DNA of 53,782 bases, taken from Bacteroidota bacterium (GTDB lineage: Bacteria > Bacteroidota > Ignavibacteria > Kryptoniales > JAKASW01). The notes below the pieces were generated by a model. It ran no database searches and had not been told where the DNA came from. It saw only the letters and a program-made list of their open reading frames with translations. The DNA lies in NCBI GenBank assembly GCA_021818875.1, contig JAKASW010000001.1, positions 1-53,782 of the forward strand, written 5' to 3'. A program made the position numbers and the translations under genes. Below are positions 1-10,685 of the stretch, one piece after another (position 1 is the stretch's first letter; every line of letters starts with the position of its first letter).

Positions 1-236
1 AAGAGACCTTTTATGCCGTTTACTGATATGAGAAAAAGCTACCTCGGGCCACCGGAAAGTTTTCATAAAGGAGTTGCAAACGAAAAGGCGGACTGATGAA
101 ATCACCAAATTGCGATAGAAATGCTCAACGCACGAATGAAAAATCGACATTGACGAATTGGGAAGCCGATTGCAAAAGTGATTATCGGGAAAGACGCTGT
201 TCTAAGAAAAATCAATTTGAGAGAGGAAGTCTCATA

Positions 237-2372
237 ATGAGATCAAATATGATTCTGCTGACCTTTCTCGTTTGCGTATCTGTCGCGGCGAGTATATCAG
301 CCCAAACGATGCCGCTTGTCTATGATGTCCAGGACACGGGTGAGAATGTGCCACCATATATGCCTTCTTCGCTCAACCAGCTTCCTGTTAACAAATCATT
401 GCCGGACCCGTTCGAGTGGGCAGATGGGAGGGGCCTCATCAAGTATTATTCGGATTGGGCGGTTCGACGTAATGAGATCGGAGATCAGATCCAGAATTAC
501 GAGATTGGTACGATACCTCCGCGCCCTGATAGCATCACTGCGAGCTATTCTAACGACACACTCACGGTGAACGTTACTGTGAACGGCCAAACGCTGACAC
601 TTAGTTCGCAAGTTGTTCTACCGTCAGGAAGTGGACCATTTCCTGTGATAATTGGTATGAACACTCCGGTTAACTTTATTCTTCCATCGGGCATCCTTGA
701 CAGCAACAAAATCATACAGATTATGTTCAACGCTAATCAGGTAACAACTTATAACGGAGGTTTCGGCGGCGCTCTCCCCTCGGACAGTGATCCATTTTAC
801 CGGCTCTATCCGAGTCTCAACCTTGATAATACAGGACAGTACGACGCGTGGACCTGGGGAGTCAGCCGCTTAATCGACGGCCTTGAGATGGTTAAAAACG
901 TTCTCCCTGTGGATCTGAATCGAATAGCGGTAGCAGGATGTTCCTATGCCGGAAAGATGGCACTCTTCGCGGGAGCGTTTGATGAGCGCGTCGCGCTTAC
1001 GATTGCCTTGGAATCGGGCGGCGGCGGCGCTACCTCATGGCGATATTCACATTACCAGGGTGGTAGTACAGTAGAAGAAGTGGATAATACGGACTACGAT
1101 TGGTTCAGGAACGATATGCATGATTTTGCGGGGGACAATGTTTATCAGATGCCAGAGGATCACAATGAGCTGATGGCAATGGTGGCCCCGCGGGCACTAT
1201 ACATTACGGGAAATCCGAGCTACACCTGGCTATCGAATCCATCATGCTACGTCGCCAGCGAAGCCTGCAAACAAGTCTATGAGGATTTGGGAATACCGGA
1301 TCGCTTTGGCTTTTCCATTGTCGGCGGCCATCAACATTGCCAGGTTCCGGATGTCCAGACACCCGAGATCGCAGCCTTTGTGGACAAGTTTCTACTTGGA
1401 GATGATACCGTAAACACGAGCGACGTAGCTGACAATCCGTATGGCAACAGTATCGATCTTTCCATCTGGATCCCATGGACCAACCCGCAACTAACGAATG
1501 GCACATCATACTTTGGCAGAACTTCTCTGGTCTCTCCTGCCGATTCTTTAGCTGGCGTGGACACGGCGGTCACTTTCGAATGGAACAAAGTCAGCGGCGC
1601 TGAAGAGTATTATATTGAAGTGACATCAGATCCGTCGCTTCAGAGTATCGACAGGATCGATTCCACGACAGATACGACAATAACAATCAGCAACCTGCTA
1701 CCAAGTACGCAATACTACTGGCGTGTACAGGCCGGGAGCGCTGAGGGAGCAGGTCCATGGAGCGATGTGCAATTGGTCAGCACCGCGGGCCCTTTTCCAA
1801 CGGAGCCGGAATTAGTTTCTGCAATTCAGGATTCCGACCAAAATGGTTACCTCGGATACAGTTTCAATTGGAGAAAATCTGCATACGCCAGTGATTATCT
1901 ATTTCAAGAATCCATCGATTCTACATTCTCTCAAACCAACTATTCGAGTTCCACGTCTGATACCTCTCTGTATTTATTAGGATTTCTCGCAGGGACCGAA
2001 TACTACTGGCGAGTTCAAGCTGGCAACGTCATCGGCTCGAGTCCATGGAGCAATGTCTCCCGCTTTGACGCCGCTGTAACGGGGATCAAGCAGGTGAGCG
2101 GTATGCCTGCCGAGTTTTCACTGAGTCAAAATTATCCTAACCCATTTAACCCGAGTACAACGATAGCTTTTACGTTGCCGAAGTCTGCGTTTACGAAGAT
2201 AGTTCTTTATGATTTGCTGGGTAGAGAAATCCGGATTCTGCTGGACAGACAGATGGAAGCGGGGCATTACGAAATTAATGTGGACGCAAGCGGATTGTCG
2301 AGTGGAGTTTACATATATCGCATTCAGGCAGGAGACTATTCGGCCACGAGAAAGATGGTGGTGATAAAGTAA
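237..2372 (+). CDS. CE15 glucuronoyl esterase, secreted, with two Fn3-like modules and a T9SS C-terminal sorting domain
   Basis: From ORF 96..2372. The likely start is ATG 237 (purine-rich GAGAGGAAG upstream), which gives signal peptide MRSNMILLTFLVCVSVAASISAQ. The CE15 core is VAGCSYAGKMALFAGAFDERVALTIALESGGGG (G-C-S-x-x-G nucleophile elbow). Two modules end in xYYWRVQAxxxxGxxPWS. The tail QNYPNPFNPSTTI...VYIYRIQAGDYSATRKMVVIK is a Por/T9SS CTD. Confidence 0.85.
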   Translation: MRSNMILLTFLVCVSVAASISAQTMPLVYDVQDTGENVPPYMPSSLNQLPVNKSLPDPFEWADGRGLIKYYSDWAVRRNEIGDQIQNYEIGTIPPRPDSITASYSNDTLTVNVTVNGQTLTLSSQVVLPSGSGPFPVIIGMNTPVNFILPSGILDSNKIIQIMFNANQVTTYNGGFGGALPSDSDPFYRLYPSLNLDNTGQYDAWTWGVSRLIDGLEMVKNVLPVDLNRIAVAGCSYAGKMALFAGAFDERVALTIALESGGGGATSWRYSHYQGGSTVEEVDNTDYDWFRNDMHDFAGDNVYQMPEDHNELMAMVAPRALYITGNPSYTWLSNPSCYVASEACKQVYEDLGIPDRFGFSIVGGHQHCQVPDVQTPEIAAFVDKFLLGDDTVNTSDVADNPYGNSIDLSIWIPWTNPQLTNGTSYFGRTSLVSPADSLAGVDTAVTFEWNKVSGAEEYYIEVTSDPSLQSIDRIDSTTDTTITISNLLPSTQYYWRVQAGSAEGAGPWSDVQLVSTAGPFPTEPELVSAIQDSDQNGYLGYSFNWRKSAYASDYLFQESIDSTFSQTNYSSSTSDTSLYLLGFLAGTEYYWRVQAGNVIGSSPWSNVSRFDAAVTGIKQVSGMPAEFSLSQNYPNPFNPSTTIAFTLPKSAFTKIVLYDLLGREIRILLDRQMEAGHYEINVDASGLSSGVYIYRIQAGDYSATRKMVVIK

Positions 2373-2459
2373 TCTCTCTCGAAAGCGAGGCAAACGAAAA
2401 TGGCTGAAAATGCAATAACAAATCTACGGCCGATAATGTTGACCGGTCTGACGAACAAA

Positions 2460-4103
2460 ATGTCTGTTGCCGGACGCGCTATCCCGATTAGCGCTATGCT
2501 GATCTTTTCATTCTTCATTTTGACCTGTGCAGATGCACAGTCGGGTGACAGCGGAATTCCGCATCTTGTTAAGCACGGAGCCGCTACTCAAATGGTCGTG
2601 AACGGAAGGCCTATGCTCATTCTCGCCGGCGAGACCGGAAATTCTTCAGCCTCTGTACCATCTTATTTGGATCCTTACTGGACAAATTTCAATGAGATGC
2701 ACATGAACGCCCTGGTTGTGCCGGCCTATTGGGAACTCATCGAGCCGGAGGAAGGACATTTTGATTTCTCGACAATCGATAGCGTCATCTACGCCGCCCG
2801 GCAGCACCATCTCAAAATTGTTTTTCTCTGGTTTGGAACATGGAAGAACAGCATGTCATGTTATGTCCCACTCTGGGTGAAGACTGACGAGAAGCGTTTT
2901 CCTCGCGCCCGGATGAGCAGCGGAGAGCCGCTCGACATACTCACCGCATTCAGCACGAACACTCTCGATGCCGACGCGCGTGCCTTCGCAGCTCTCATGA
3001 AACACATCAAAGAGATTGACGGGACTGAGCATACAGTCATCCTGGTACAGGTGGAAAATGAGATGGGGATGATACCGGAAGCGCGTGACCATTCCTCAGA
3101 GGCGAACAAGGCGTTTAACGAACATGTCCCCCCCATGCTGATGAACTATCTAGAAGCACACAAGGACTCGTTGACTTCTGATTTGATCGAGCATTGGGAA
3201 AGTTCAGGTTACAAGAAGTCGGGGACGTGGACGCAAGTCTTCGGAGAGGGCACCGCCACCGACGAGTTTTTCCAGGCGTGGTATCTTGCAAGATATGCGA
3301 ACTATGTTGCGGCTGCCGGGAAACGTGAGTACCAGATTCCAATGTACGTGAACTGTGCGCTGATCAGGCCGGGGTTCAGGCCTGGGATGTATCCCAGTGG
3401 CGGACCTCTTCCACATCTCATGAACATCTGGAAGGCTGCCGCGCCGGACATAAACTTCCTGGCCCCTGATATCTATTTTCCCACCTTCAAGGAGTGGTGC
3501 GACAAGTATTACAAGCCCGACAATCACTTTTTCATACCGGAGGTCCAGAACACACAGGGCATTGCGAACGCTTACTACGCAATTGCCGAGGACAACGTGA
3601 TGGGGTTCAGCCCGTTTTCTGTCGAGTCTGTACCGGATCCCGCGCACAACCAGATGTCACAGGGATACAAAGTGCTCCAGGATCTCTCGCCGCTTATTCT
3701 CAAGAATCAAGGAATGGGGACGATGAGAGGAGTACTGTTTGACAGCGCAGACCAGGAAACGAACATCACTCTCGGTGATTACGAATTCAGGTTCCAGCAT
3801 GAGTATGCATGGAGATACTGGCAGCGTGAGCCCGGGCCGACTCCGAGAGTTGGCGGCCTGATAATTGAGCTTTCTCCAGACAAATTCATAATTGCGGGCA
3901 CCGGCATGCTCGTCACATTCCGCCCGAAAGATGACGTGAATGCCCGGGCGGGAATCGGGTATGACTATCTCGGAAAATTCGTGAACGGGAAATGGGTCAC
4001 TGATCTGATCCTGAACGGAGATCAGACAAACCAGGGGAGACAATTTTTCCTACCTGGGAATGAGTTTAGCATTCAGAAGGTAAGATTGTACACTTACCAT
4101 TAG
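2460..4103 (+). CDS. Clan GH-A beta-galactosidase-like glycoside hydrolase (GH35/GH42-like TIM barrel plus C-terminal beta-sandwich), secreted
   Basis: From ORF 2400..4103. The internal ATG 2460 gives signal-like MSVAGRAIPISAMLIFSFFILTCADAQ. The segment AYWELIEPEEGHFDFSTIDSVIYAARQHHLKIVFLWFGTWKN ... ILVQVENEMG is typical of GH35/42-type (beta/alpha)8 enzymes, with acid/base Glu in ENE. The exact family is not resolvable by eye. Confidence 0.55.
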   Translation: MSVAGRAIPISAMLIFSFFILTCADAQSGDSGIPHLVKHGAATQMVVNGRPMLILAGETGNSSASVPSYLDPYWTNFNEMHMNALVVPAYWELIEPEEGHFDFSTIDSVIYAARQHHLKIVFLWFGTWKNSMSCYVPLWVKTDEKRFPRARMSSGEPLDILTAFSTNTLDADARAFAALMKHIKEIDGTEHTVILVQVENEMGMIPEARDHSSEANKAFNEHVPPMLMNYLEAHKDSLTSDLIEHWESSGYKKSGTWTQVFGEGTATDEFFQAWYLARYANYVAAAGKREYQIPMYVNCALIRPGFRPGMYPSGGPLPHLMNIWKAAAPDINFLAPDIYFPTFKEWCDKYYKPDNHFFIPEVQNTQGIANAYYAIAEDNVMGFSPFSVESVPDPAHNQMSQGYKVLQDLSPLILKNQGMGTMRGVLFDSADQETNITLGDYEFRFQHEYAWRYWQREPGPTPRVGGLIIELSPDKFIIAGTGMLVTFRPKDDVNARAGIGYDYLGKFVNGKWVTDLILNGDQTNQGRQFFLPGNEFSIQKVRLYTYH

Positions 4104-4171
4104 AGTAGAAGAAGGTCGCCTTCAACTGGGTTTTTCCTTAGAGGAGGAAGCTTTCATCTAAAGGACAGAAA

Positions 4172-6112
4172 ATGAAGAAGCTGTTTTATTATCCGGTTTG
4201 TCTATTTCTCTTAGTCGCTTCGTTGCCTGCCTTCGGACAGGTAAGACTTCCGAAGCTCGTCAGCGACGGCATGGTACTCCAGAGAAATATGAATGTGAGA
4301 ATATGGGGATGGGCCAGGCCCGGAGAAGAAGTGACGATAAGATTTCTAGGGAAAACGTATACAACCGCCACCAACCCGGACAGCGAGTGGGAGGTAATGC
4401 TTCCGCCGGTGAAAGCCGGCGGGCCGTACAGCATGGAAATAGATGCAAGCAATCATATAGTCCTGAACAACATTCTCGTCGGGGACGTTTGGCTTTGTTC
4501 CGGCCAATCGAACATGGTAATCCCCATGGAGAGAGTGAAACCGATGTACAGAGATTTTATCGCACATGCGTATAATGATGACATCAGGATGTTCATAGTC
4601 CCGGACATTTACAACTTCAATACTCCGCAGAAGGACTTGCGGTATGGTCAATGGCTTCCCGAGAACCCGTGGACCATTCTGAACTTCAGTGCAGCTTCAC
4701 TCTTTTTTGCAACCAACTTGTACGCAAAATATCACGTGCCGATCGGATTGATAGAGGCAGCGGTCGGCGGAACACCGATTCAGGCATGGCTGAGCGCCAC
4801 ATCGCTGAAAAAGTTTCCCGCTGCTCAAGAACTGGCTGACGAGTATAAGCAGGCGAGCTTCAGAGACAGTGTTGCAGAGTACAATTACACGACGGACAAC
4901 GCCTGGTATGGTAAAATATTCCGCGATGACAAAGGACTAAATGCCGATGTGCCATGGTACTCGCCCTCATACGACGACTCGTCCTGGTCGACGATGGAAG
5001 TGCCGAATTACTTCAACGTCACAAGCCTGGGACGAACTCACGGCGTCATCTGGTTCAGAAGAAGCTTCGACGTCCCGGCGTCGCTTGCAGGCAAACCTGC
5101 TAAACTTCTCATGGGCAGGATTATCAACGCCGACTACGATTATGTGAATGGAGTGTTCGTCGGCGCAATAACCTACCAGTATCCGCCCCGAAGGTATGAT
5201 GTTGCCGCCGGCATACTTAAGCCGGGAAAGAACTCAATCACTGTTCGGCTGATCAACACAAGGGGCAGAGGCGGCTTCATCAAAGACAAGCCTTACGAGC
5301 TGAGAATTGGCAGCCATGTCATTGACCTGAAAGGGAAATGGCATTACAGAGCCGGCGTGAGTGTCGATTCACTGGTCTATCCCACATTCCTTCAGTTCCA
5401 GCCGGAAGGATTGTTCAACGGCATGATCTCTTTGCTCCTGAACTGCACCATCAAAGGTACTATCTGGTATCAGGGAGAATCGAACACCGGTGACCCGACC
5501 GGTTACGCTGAGATGTTCAAGTCCATGATAACGGACTGGAGAGCAAAGTGGGGCGAAGGGAATTTCCCGTTCATCTTCGTGCAGCTCCCGAACTATGGTC
5601 CCCCGGCAAAAGAGCCGCCGGCGTGGAGCGGCTGGGCAGATGTCAGAGCGGCCCAACGCGAGGCATTGTCGCTTCCGAACACCGGCATGGCTGTCACCAT
5701 CGATATTGGTGAATGGAACGATATCCATCCACTCGACAAGGGCGATGTCGGAAAGAGACTCGCACTGGCGGCGGAGCACGTCGCTTACGGGGACAACAAC
5801 ATCGTTTACTCGAGTCCTCTATACGAGTCAGCGAGGATTGAAGGGAGCAAGGTGGTTGTTTCGTTCTCGCACATAGGAACCGGTTTGATGTCGAAGGGTG
5901 GATCACTGAAATGGCTCGAGATTGCCGGCAAGGACGGCAAATACGTCTTTGCGAAGGCGAAGATTTCCGGAAACAAGGTTGTCGTGTGGAGCAGTAATGT
6001 CCAGCACCCTGCCATGGTACGGTATGCCTGGGCTGACGATCCGATGGGAGCCAACCTGTACAACAAAGAAGGCTTGCCGGCTTCACCGTTCGAGACGGGA
6101 GTGATACACTGA
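4172..6112 (+). CDS. Sialate O-acetylesterase (SASA/DUF303) family esterase, probable acetyl-xylan/xylo-oligosaccharide deacetylase
   Basis: Signal peptide MKKLFYYPVCLFLLVASLPAFGQ. The SGNH-like block GDVWLCSGQSNM, then AAVGGTPIQAWL and WYQGESN, are characteristic of SASA-domain esterases found in xylan loci. Confidence 0.75.
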   Translation: MKKLFYYPVCLFLLVASLPAFGQVRLPKLVSDGMVLQRNMNVRIWGWARPGEEVTIRFLGKTYTTATNPDSEWEVMLPPVKAGGPYSMEIDASNHIVLNNILVGDVWLCSGQSNMVIPMERVKPMYRDFIAHAYNDDIRMFIVPDIYNFNTPQKDLRYGQWLPENPWTILNFSAASLFFATNLYAKYHVPIGLIEAAVGGTPIQAWLSATSLKKFPAAQELADEYKQASFRDSVAEYNYTTDNAWYGKIFRDDKGLNADVPWYSPSYDDSSWSTMEVPNYFNVTSLGRTHGVIWFRRSFDVPASLAGKPAKLLMGRIINADYDYVNGVFVGAITYQYPPRRYDVAAGILKPGKNSITVRLINTRGRGGFIKDKPYELRIGSHVIDLKGKWHYRAGVSVDSLVYPTFLQFQPEGLFNGMISLLLNCTIKGTIWYQGESNTGDPTGYAEMFKSMITDWRAKWGEGNFPFIFVQLPNYGPPAKEPPAWSGWADVRAAQREALSLPNTGMAVTIDIGEWNDIHPLDKGDVGKRLALAAEHVAYGDNNIVYSSPLYESARIEGSKVVVSFSHIGTGLMSKGGSLKWLEIAGKDGKYVFAKAKISGNKVVVWSSNVQHPAMVRYAWADDPMGANLYNKEGLPASPFETGVIH

Positions 6113-8106
6113 TGAAAAACCTCAGCCGAAATTTTGCTCTCAACGCCGGGCATCAACGCTCCGGCTTTCCATTATTTCACTATTCCACTATCATGCTGCT
6201 TCTTGTCCCCGGCTTCCTGCTTATCGCTTCCCAATCGGCCTTCGCTCAGATCAGGCTCCCAAGTCTGGTCAGCGACGGCATGGTGCTTCAAAGAAATACA
6301 GCCGATAGAATATGGGGTTGGGCCGAACCCGGACAACCGGTAACCATAGGCTTCCTTGGCAAAACGTACACGACGACCACCAAACCCGACAGCGAGTGGT
6401 CGGTCATGCTTGCACCCGTGAAAGCCGGCGGACCTTATAGCATGAACATAAACGGCATGGTCATAAACGATATCATGGTCGGCGATGTCTGGCTCTGCTC
6501 AGGCCAGTCGAACATGTGGCTGGTTATGAAAGAGATCGCACCGCATTGGATGAATATCATCAAGCATTCGGCCAACCCGGATATAAGAGAGTTCCTCGTC
6601 CCTGCCAGGTACGATTTCAACAGACCGAGGAAGACTCTGGATGGCGGCAGTTGGAAATCGGTCAACCCCTGGACCATTAACAGTTTTTCGGCGACGGCGT
6701 ATTTCTTCGCAAGAGCTCTCTGGAAAAAATACGACGTGCCGATCGGGCTTATCAACGCGAGTGTCGGTGGCACGCCTATCCAGTCGTGGCTCAGCTCGGC
6801 TTCGCTCAAAGAATTTCCCGATGCCCGCGGAATAGCAGACAAGTTTAAAAGTAAAGCTTATCTGGACAGCGTCATCGCAAGCAACGATTCGATAGAGACC
6901 GGCTGGAACCGTTACGTCTGGCAGAACGACAAGGGCCTGAAAGGAAAGGCCTGGTATTCGATTTCGTACAATGCGTCTTCATGGCCGACCATGGAGGTGC
7001 CGAACTACTGGTTTCGCACGAGTCTGAAGTTCACTAACGGTGTGGTTTGGTTCAGGAGAAATTTCGACATTCCCGACTCGCTTGCCGGAAAACCCGCCAG
7101 GCTCTTAATGGGCAGGGTTGTCAATGCCGACTACGACTACATCAATGGCGTGCTTGTCGGCTATACGTCGTACCAGTATCCTGAACGGAGGTATAACGTG
7201 GCCGCCGGTCTGCTGCATGCAGGAAGAAATACCATAACGGTGCGTGTCATCAACAGGTACGGACCCGGTGGTTTCGTTAAGGACAAACCGTACGAGCTTG
7301 TTTTCGGGAAGCAGGTGATAGATTTATCCGGAAAGTGGCATTACAAGCTGGGAGTTGCATCGAAACCGATGGCCCCGACAACGACGATATGGTATGTACC
7401 GCTCGGACTGTATAACGGAATGATTGCGCCGCTCGTCAACTACACCATCAAGGGTGCAATCTGGTACCAGGGCGAATCGAACGGCGGCGACCCGACGGGA
7501 TACAAAAGCATGCTGGAATCCATGATAACCGACTGGAGAGCCAAGTGGGGAGAGGGGAATTTCCCATTTCTTATCGTGCAGCTTCCGAACTACGGGCCTG
7601 TCGCGAAGAAACCCGGCAATAGCGGCTGGGCTCAGGTACAATGGGATCAGTTGAGGGCACTCGAACTTCCGAATACCGGCCTGGCCATCACCTTAGGTCT
7701 CGGCGAATGGAATGATGTGCATCCATGGCACAAGCGGGGAGTCGGGAATCGACTGGCGCTTGCAGCCGAGCATGTAGCTTATGGAGAAAACAACATCGTT
7801 TACTCCGGCCCGACATACAAATCGTCTGAAATCGAAGGCAACAAGATCGTGGTCCACTTTAGACACATTGGTAGCGGATTGATGGTGAAAGGCGGCGGTC
7901 CGCTGAAGTGGTTCGAGATTGCCGGTAAAGACGGAAGGTACGTTTTCGCGAACGCAAAGATCTCCGGGAGCAAAGTGATTATCTGGAGCAGTAAAGTCCA
8001 GCATCCCGGGGAGGCGCGGTACGCATGGGCCACCGATGCAATGGGTGCCAACCTTTACAACAAGGAAGGGCTGCCTGCGTCGCCGTTTAAGACAGGGGCG
8101 CGGTAA
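6112..8106 (+). CDS. Second SASA/DUF303-family O-acetylesterase (tandem paralogue of 4172..6112)
   Basis: It is collinear with the previous protein over its full length (GDVWLCSGQSNM, ASVGGTPIQSWL, WYQGESNGGDPTGY, DWRAKWGEGNFPF identical or near-identical). The start overlaps the upstream stop (TGATG at 6110..6114). An alternative start at ATG 6193 gives MLLLVPGFLLIASQSAFAQ. Confidence 0.75.
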   Translation: MKNLSRNFALNAGHQRSGFPLFHYSTIMLLLVPGFLLIASQSAFAQIRLPSLVSDGMVLQRNTADRIWGWAEPGQPVTIGFLGKTYTTTTKPDSEWSVMLAPVKAGGPYSMNINGMVINDIMVGDVWLCSGQSNMWLVMKEIAPHWMNIIKHSANPDIREFLVPARYDFNRPRKTLDGGSWKSVNPWTINSFSATAYFFARALWKKYDVPIGLINASVGGTPIQSWLSSASLKEFPDARGIADKFKSKAYLDSVIASNDSIETGWNRYVWQNDKGLKGKAWYSISYNASSWPTMEVPNYWFRTSLKFTNGVVWFRRNFDIPDSLAGKPARLLMGRVVNADYDYINGVLVGYTSYQYPERRYNVAAGLLHAGRNTITVRVINRYGPGGFVKDKPYELVFGKQVIDLSGKWHYKLGVASKPMAPTTTIWYVPLGLYNGMIAPLVNYTIKGAIWYQGESNGGDPTGYKSMLESMITDWRAKWGEGNFPFLIVQLPNYGPVAKKPGNSGWAQVQWDQLRALELPNTGLAITLGLGEWNDVHPWHKRGVGNRLALAAEHVAYGENNIVYSGPTYKSSEIEGNKIVVHFRHIGSGLMVKGGGPLKWFEIAGKDGRYVFANAKISGSKVIIWSSKVQHPGEARYAWATDAMGANLYNKEGLPASPFKTGAR

Positions 8107-8109
8107 ACA

Positions 8110-9825
8110 TTGTCAAGGCTCGGGCTTGCCCTTCTTCTTGTCTCTCGTGTCTGTCTTCTTTCTTCTAATTTGTCTGCGCAAACTAAAATGGAATACACAA
8201 ACCCAATATTAGCAGGCTTTCATCCCGACCCGAGCATATGCCGGGTCGGCGAAGATTATTACCTGGTCAACTCGACATTTGCATACTTTCCCGGGATTCC
8301 TGTCTTTCACAGCAGGGACCTGGTTAACTGGAAACTTATCGGATACGTAATCGATAGACCGGATCAGTTGGACTATGACAGCCTCGGCGTCTCGCGGGGA
8401 ATTTTCGCACCTGCGATCAGATATTATGATGGTACATTCTACGTCACGTGTACTTTTGTCGACGGCGGCGGCAACTTCGTCTGCACCGCCAGGAATCCGG
8501 CCGGACCATGGTCGAAACCGGTTTGGCTGCCGCAGGTAAACGGCATCGATCCATCACTGTTTTTCGATACCGATGGCAAAGCCTATCTCGTTCACAACAG
8601 CGTCCCCCCGGAAGGTAAGCCGCTTTACCAGGGACAGCGCACGATCAGGCTGTTCGGCTTTGATACCGGTAGGTTGCGCGTGATCGGTGACGAAAGAATT
8701 CTCGTGAATGGAGGGACCGACATTAAAGAGAATCCCATCTGGATCGAAGGGCCGCATATTTTCAAAGTCGGTGATCATTATTACCTGATCTGCGCCCAGG
8801 GTGGAACAGCGGAAAATCATTCGGAAGTAGTTTTCAAGAGCAGGGATGTGTGGGGGCCTTATGTCTCTTTTGACGGAAACCCTATCCTGACTCAAAGAGA
8901 CCTCAACCCTGATCGCAAAAATCCGATAACATGTACAGGTCACGCTGACTTCGTAGAAACCCAGAACGGAACATGGTGGTCAGTTTTTCTCGGATGTCAG
9001 CCTTACCCGCCGTACGAGAAAGACTACTACAACACCGGAAGGGAAACCTTCCTGGCGCCGGTGACCTGGAAAGACGGGTGGCCGACGATCATTCCGCATG
9101 GGCAGACGGTTTCCTATCATTATCCGTATCCGCCTACTCCCGATTACATGAAGGATGAACTTCGCTACAGCGGGGACATAGAATATATCGACAACCTTGA
9201 TTCAAAGACGCTCGATCCCCATTGGGAATTTCTCCGCGCCCCTCGTGGAAGGTGGTACAGTCTCGATGAGAAACCCGGCTGGCTCGCTATAAGGCTGAGG
9301 CCGGAAACTGTTTCGGAAACGGTGAACCCGAGTTTTCTCGGTCGTCGCCAGCAGCAGGCGCACAGCTCCGCGAGCACCACGATGGACTTTATCCCGAGTG
9401 GTGAAAACGAAAAGGCAGGTCTTATCGTGTTCCAGAACGAGACGCACTTCTATTATTTGTGCAAGTCAATCGAGAATGGAGAACCGGTTGTTGAACTCTA
9501 CAAATCGGTCGGGAACGAGGACTCGCAGACCGGAATGGAGCTGGTCTCTGCGCAAGTCCTTGAGAGTAATTCAAGGGATGGAGATTTGGATTTGAAAATT
9601 GAATCCATGGGAAGCACGTACTCTTTCCTTTATCGCTCTTCTCGCGGGGAGTGGAGCACTTTGAAGGATAGCATCGATGCGAGTTTTCTCAGCACGAAAG
9701 TGGCGGGTGGCTTTGTAGGATGCTTCTATGCGTTCTACGCAACTTCTCTCGGCAAGCCGAGTGAAAACACGGCATACTTCGATTGGTTTAAATATAAAGG
9801 AATAAATGAAGCAAACGATAGATGA
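8110..9825 (+). CDS. GH43 beta-xylosidase/alpha-L-arabinofuranosidase with C-terminal beta-sandwich domain (XynB-like), periplasmic
   Basis: TTG start and signal peptide MSRLGLALLLVSRVCLLSSNLSAQ. NPILAGFHPDPSICRVGEDYYLVNSTFAYFPGIPVFHSRDLVNWKLIGY is the classic N-terminus of two-domain GH43 xylosidases. There is no T9SS tail. Confidence 0.85.
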   Translation: MSRLGLALLLVSRVCLLSSNLSAQTKMEYTNPILAGFHPDPSICRVGEDYYLVNSTFAYFPGIPVFHSRDLVNWKLIGYVIDRPDQLDYDSLGVSRGIFAPAIRYYDGTFYVTCTFVDGGGNFVCTARNPAGPWSKPVWLPQVNGIDPSLFFDTDGKAYLVHNSVPPEGKPLYQGQRTIRLFGFDTGRLRVIGDERILVNGGTDIKENPIWIEGPHIFKVGDHYYLICAQGGTAENHSEVVFKSRDVWGPYVSFDGNPILTQRDLNPDRKNPITCTGHADFVETQNGTWWSVFLGCQPYPPYEKDYYNTGRETFLAPVTWKDGWPTIIPHGQTVSYHYPYPPTPDYMKDELRYSGDIEYIDNLDSKTLDPHWEFLRAPRGRWYSLDEKPGWLAIRLRPETVSETVNPSFLGRRQQQAHSSASTTMDFIPSGENEKAGLIVFQNETHFYYLCKSIENGEPVVELYKSVGNEDSQTGMELVSAQVLESNSRDGDLDLKIESMGSTYSFLYRSSRGEWSTLKDSIDASFLSTKVAGGFVGCFYAFYATSLGKPSENTAYFDWFKYKGINEANDR

Positions 9826-10594
9826 CGAATCAGAACATTGCACATATGGAGACCTCAGAGATAAAGTCGTCCTCGTAACGGGCGGCGCGAGCGGAATCGG
9901 TCTCGCGATCGCTGCGGCGTTTGCCGCGAACTACTCCCAGGTGGTCGCTGTCGGAAGGGACAAGTCAAAGCTTGATGCGGCGGCGAAGAAGTTGGGCGAC
10001 AATCTATCTGCGTATAATCTCGATCTCGACAATCTCGGGAAACTTCCCCCGCTCGTTGCGAAGATAGAAAGAGAAGTCGGCGGGATTGATGTTCTCGTGA
10101 ATAACGCCGGGATCAACATGAAGAAAGATGCACTCAATGTCTCGGATGAAGAATTCGAAAGAATAATGAGAACAAACCAGACCGCTGTATTCGCGCTTTC
10201 AAGAGAAGTTGCTAAGTTGATGTTGAGGCGCGGAAAGGGGAGCATAATTATGATAAGTTCAATGGCATCGCAATATGGCATCCCGAAAGTTGTGGCATAC
10301 ACCGCGTCGAAATCGGCCGTCGAGGGAATGACGCGGGAGCTCGCAGTTGAATGGTCGCCCCACGGCGTGCGCGTCAACTGTATTGCCCCGGGTTTCATCA
10401 AGACTTCAATGTCTTCAAAGGCGCTGGATGCCGACATGGAAAGGAAGAACAAAGTACTGTCCCGTACCCCGATGGGAAAATTGGGAGAGCCGTTGGACGT
10501 TGCAAACGCCGCTTTGTTTCTCGCTTCCGATCAATCGAAATACATAACCGGGGTCATCCTTCCGGTGGATGGAGGAAATTCAATCGGGTTCTGA
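9806..10594 (+). CDS. Short-chain dehydrogenase/reductase (KduD/IdnO/SDR-type sugar-acid oxidoreductase-like)
   Basis: SDR motifs TGGASGIGLAIA (TGxxxGIG), NNAG and YTASK (YxxxK). It overlaps the GH43 3' end by 20 nt. The substrate is not inferable from sequence. Confidence 0.8.
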   Translation: MKQTIDDESEHCTYGDLRDKVVLVTGGASGIGLAIAAAFAANYSQVVAVGRDKSKLDAAAKKLGDNLSAYNLDLDNLGKLPPLVAKIEREVGGIDVLVNNAGINMKKDALNVSDEEFERIMRTNQTAVFALSREVAKLMLRRGKGSIIMISSMASQYGIPKVVAYTASKSAVEGMTRELAVEWSPHGVRVNCIAPGFIKTSMSSKALDADMERKNKVLSRTPMGKLGEPLDVANAALFLASDQSKYITGVILPVDGGNSIGF

Positions 10595-10685
10595 AAAAGT
10601 CGAAATCCGGAAGTGAAGGGTCAATGGTAAAAGGTAAGAGACATTTCCACAAGCGTAAAAGATTAAAGCACGAAAAGGACTAGTT

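Noticed and set aside
96-236. N-terminal extensions offered by the ORF track (also 2400..2459, 19175..19285, 33563..33595, 39110..39205, 40900..41004, 50409..50495, 52107..52130)
   Set aside because: In each case an internal start gives a proper signal peptide or lipobox, a Shine-Dalgarno-like sequence, and/or removes an overlap with the upstream gene. The extensions are charged and non-homologous between paralogues.
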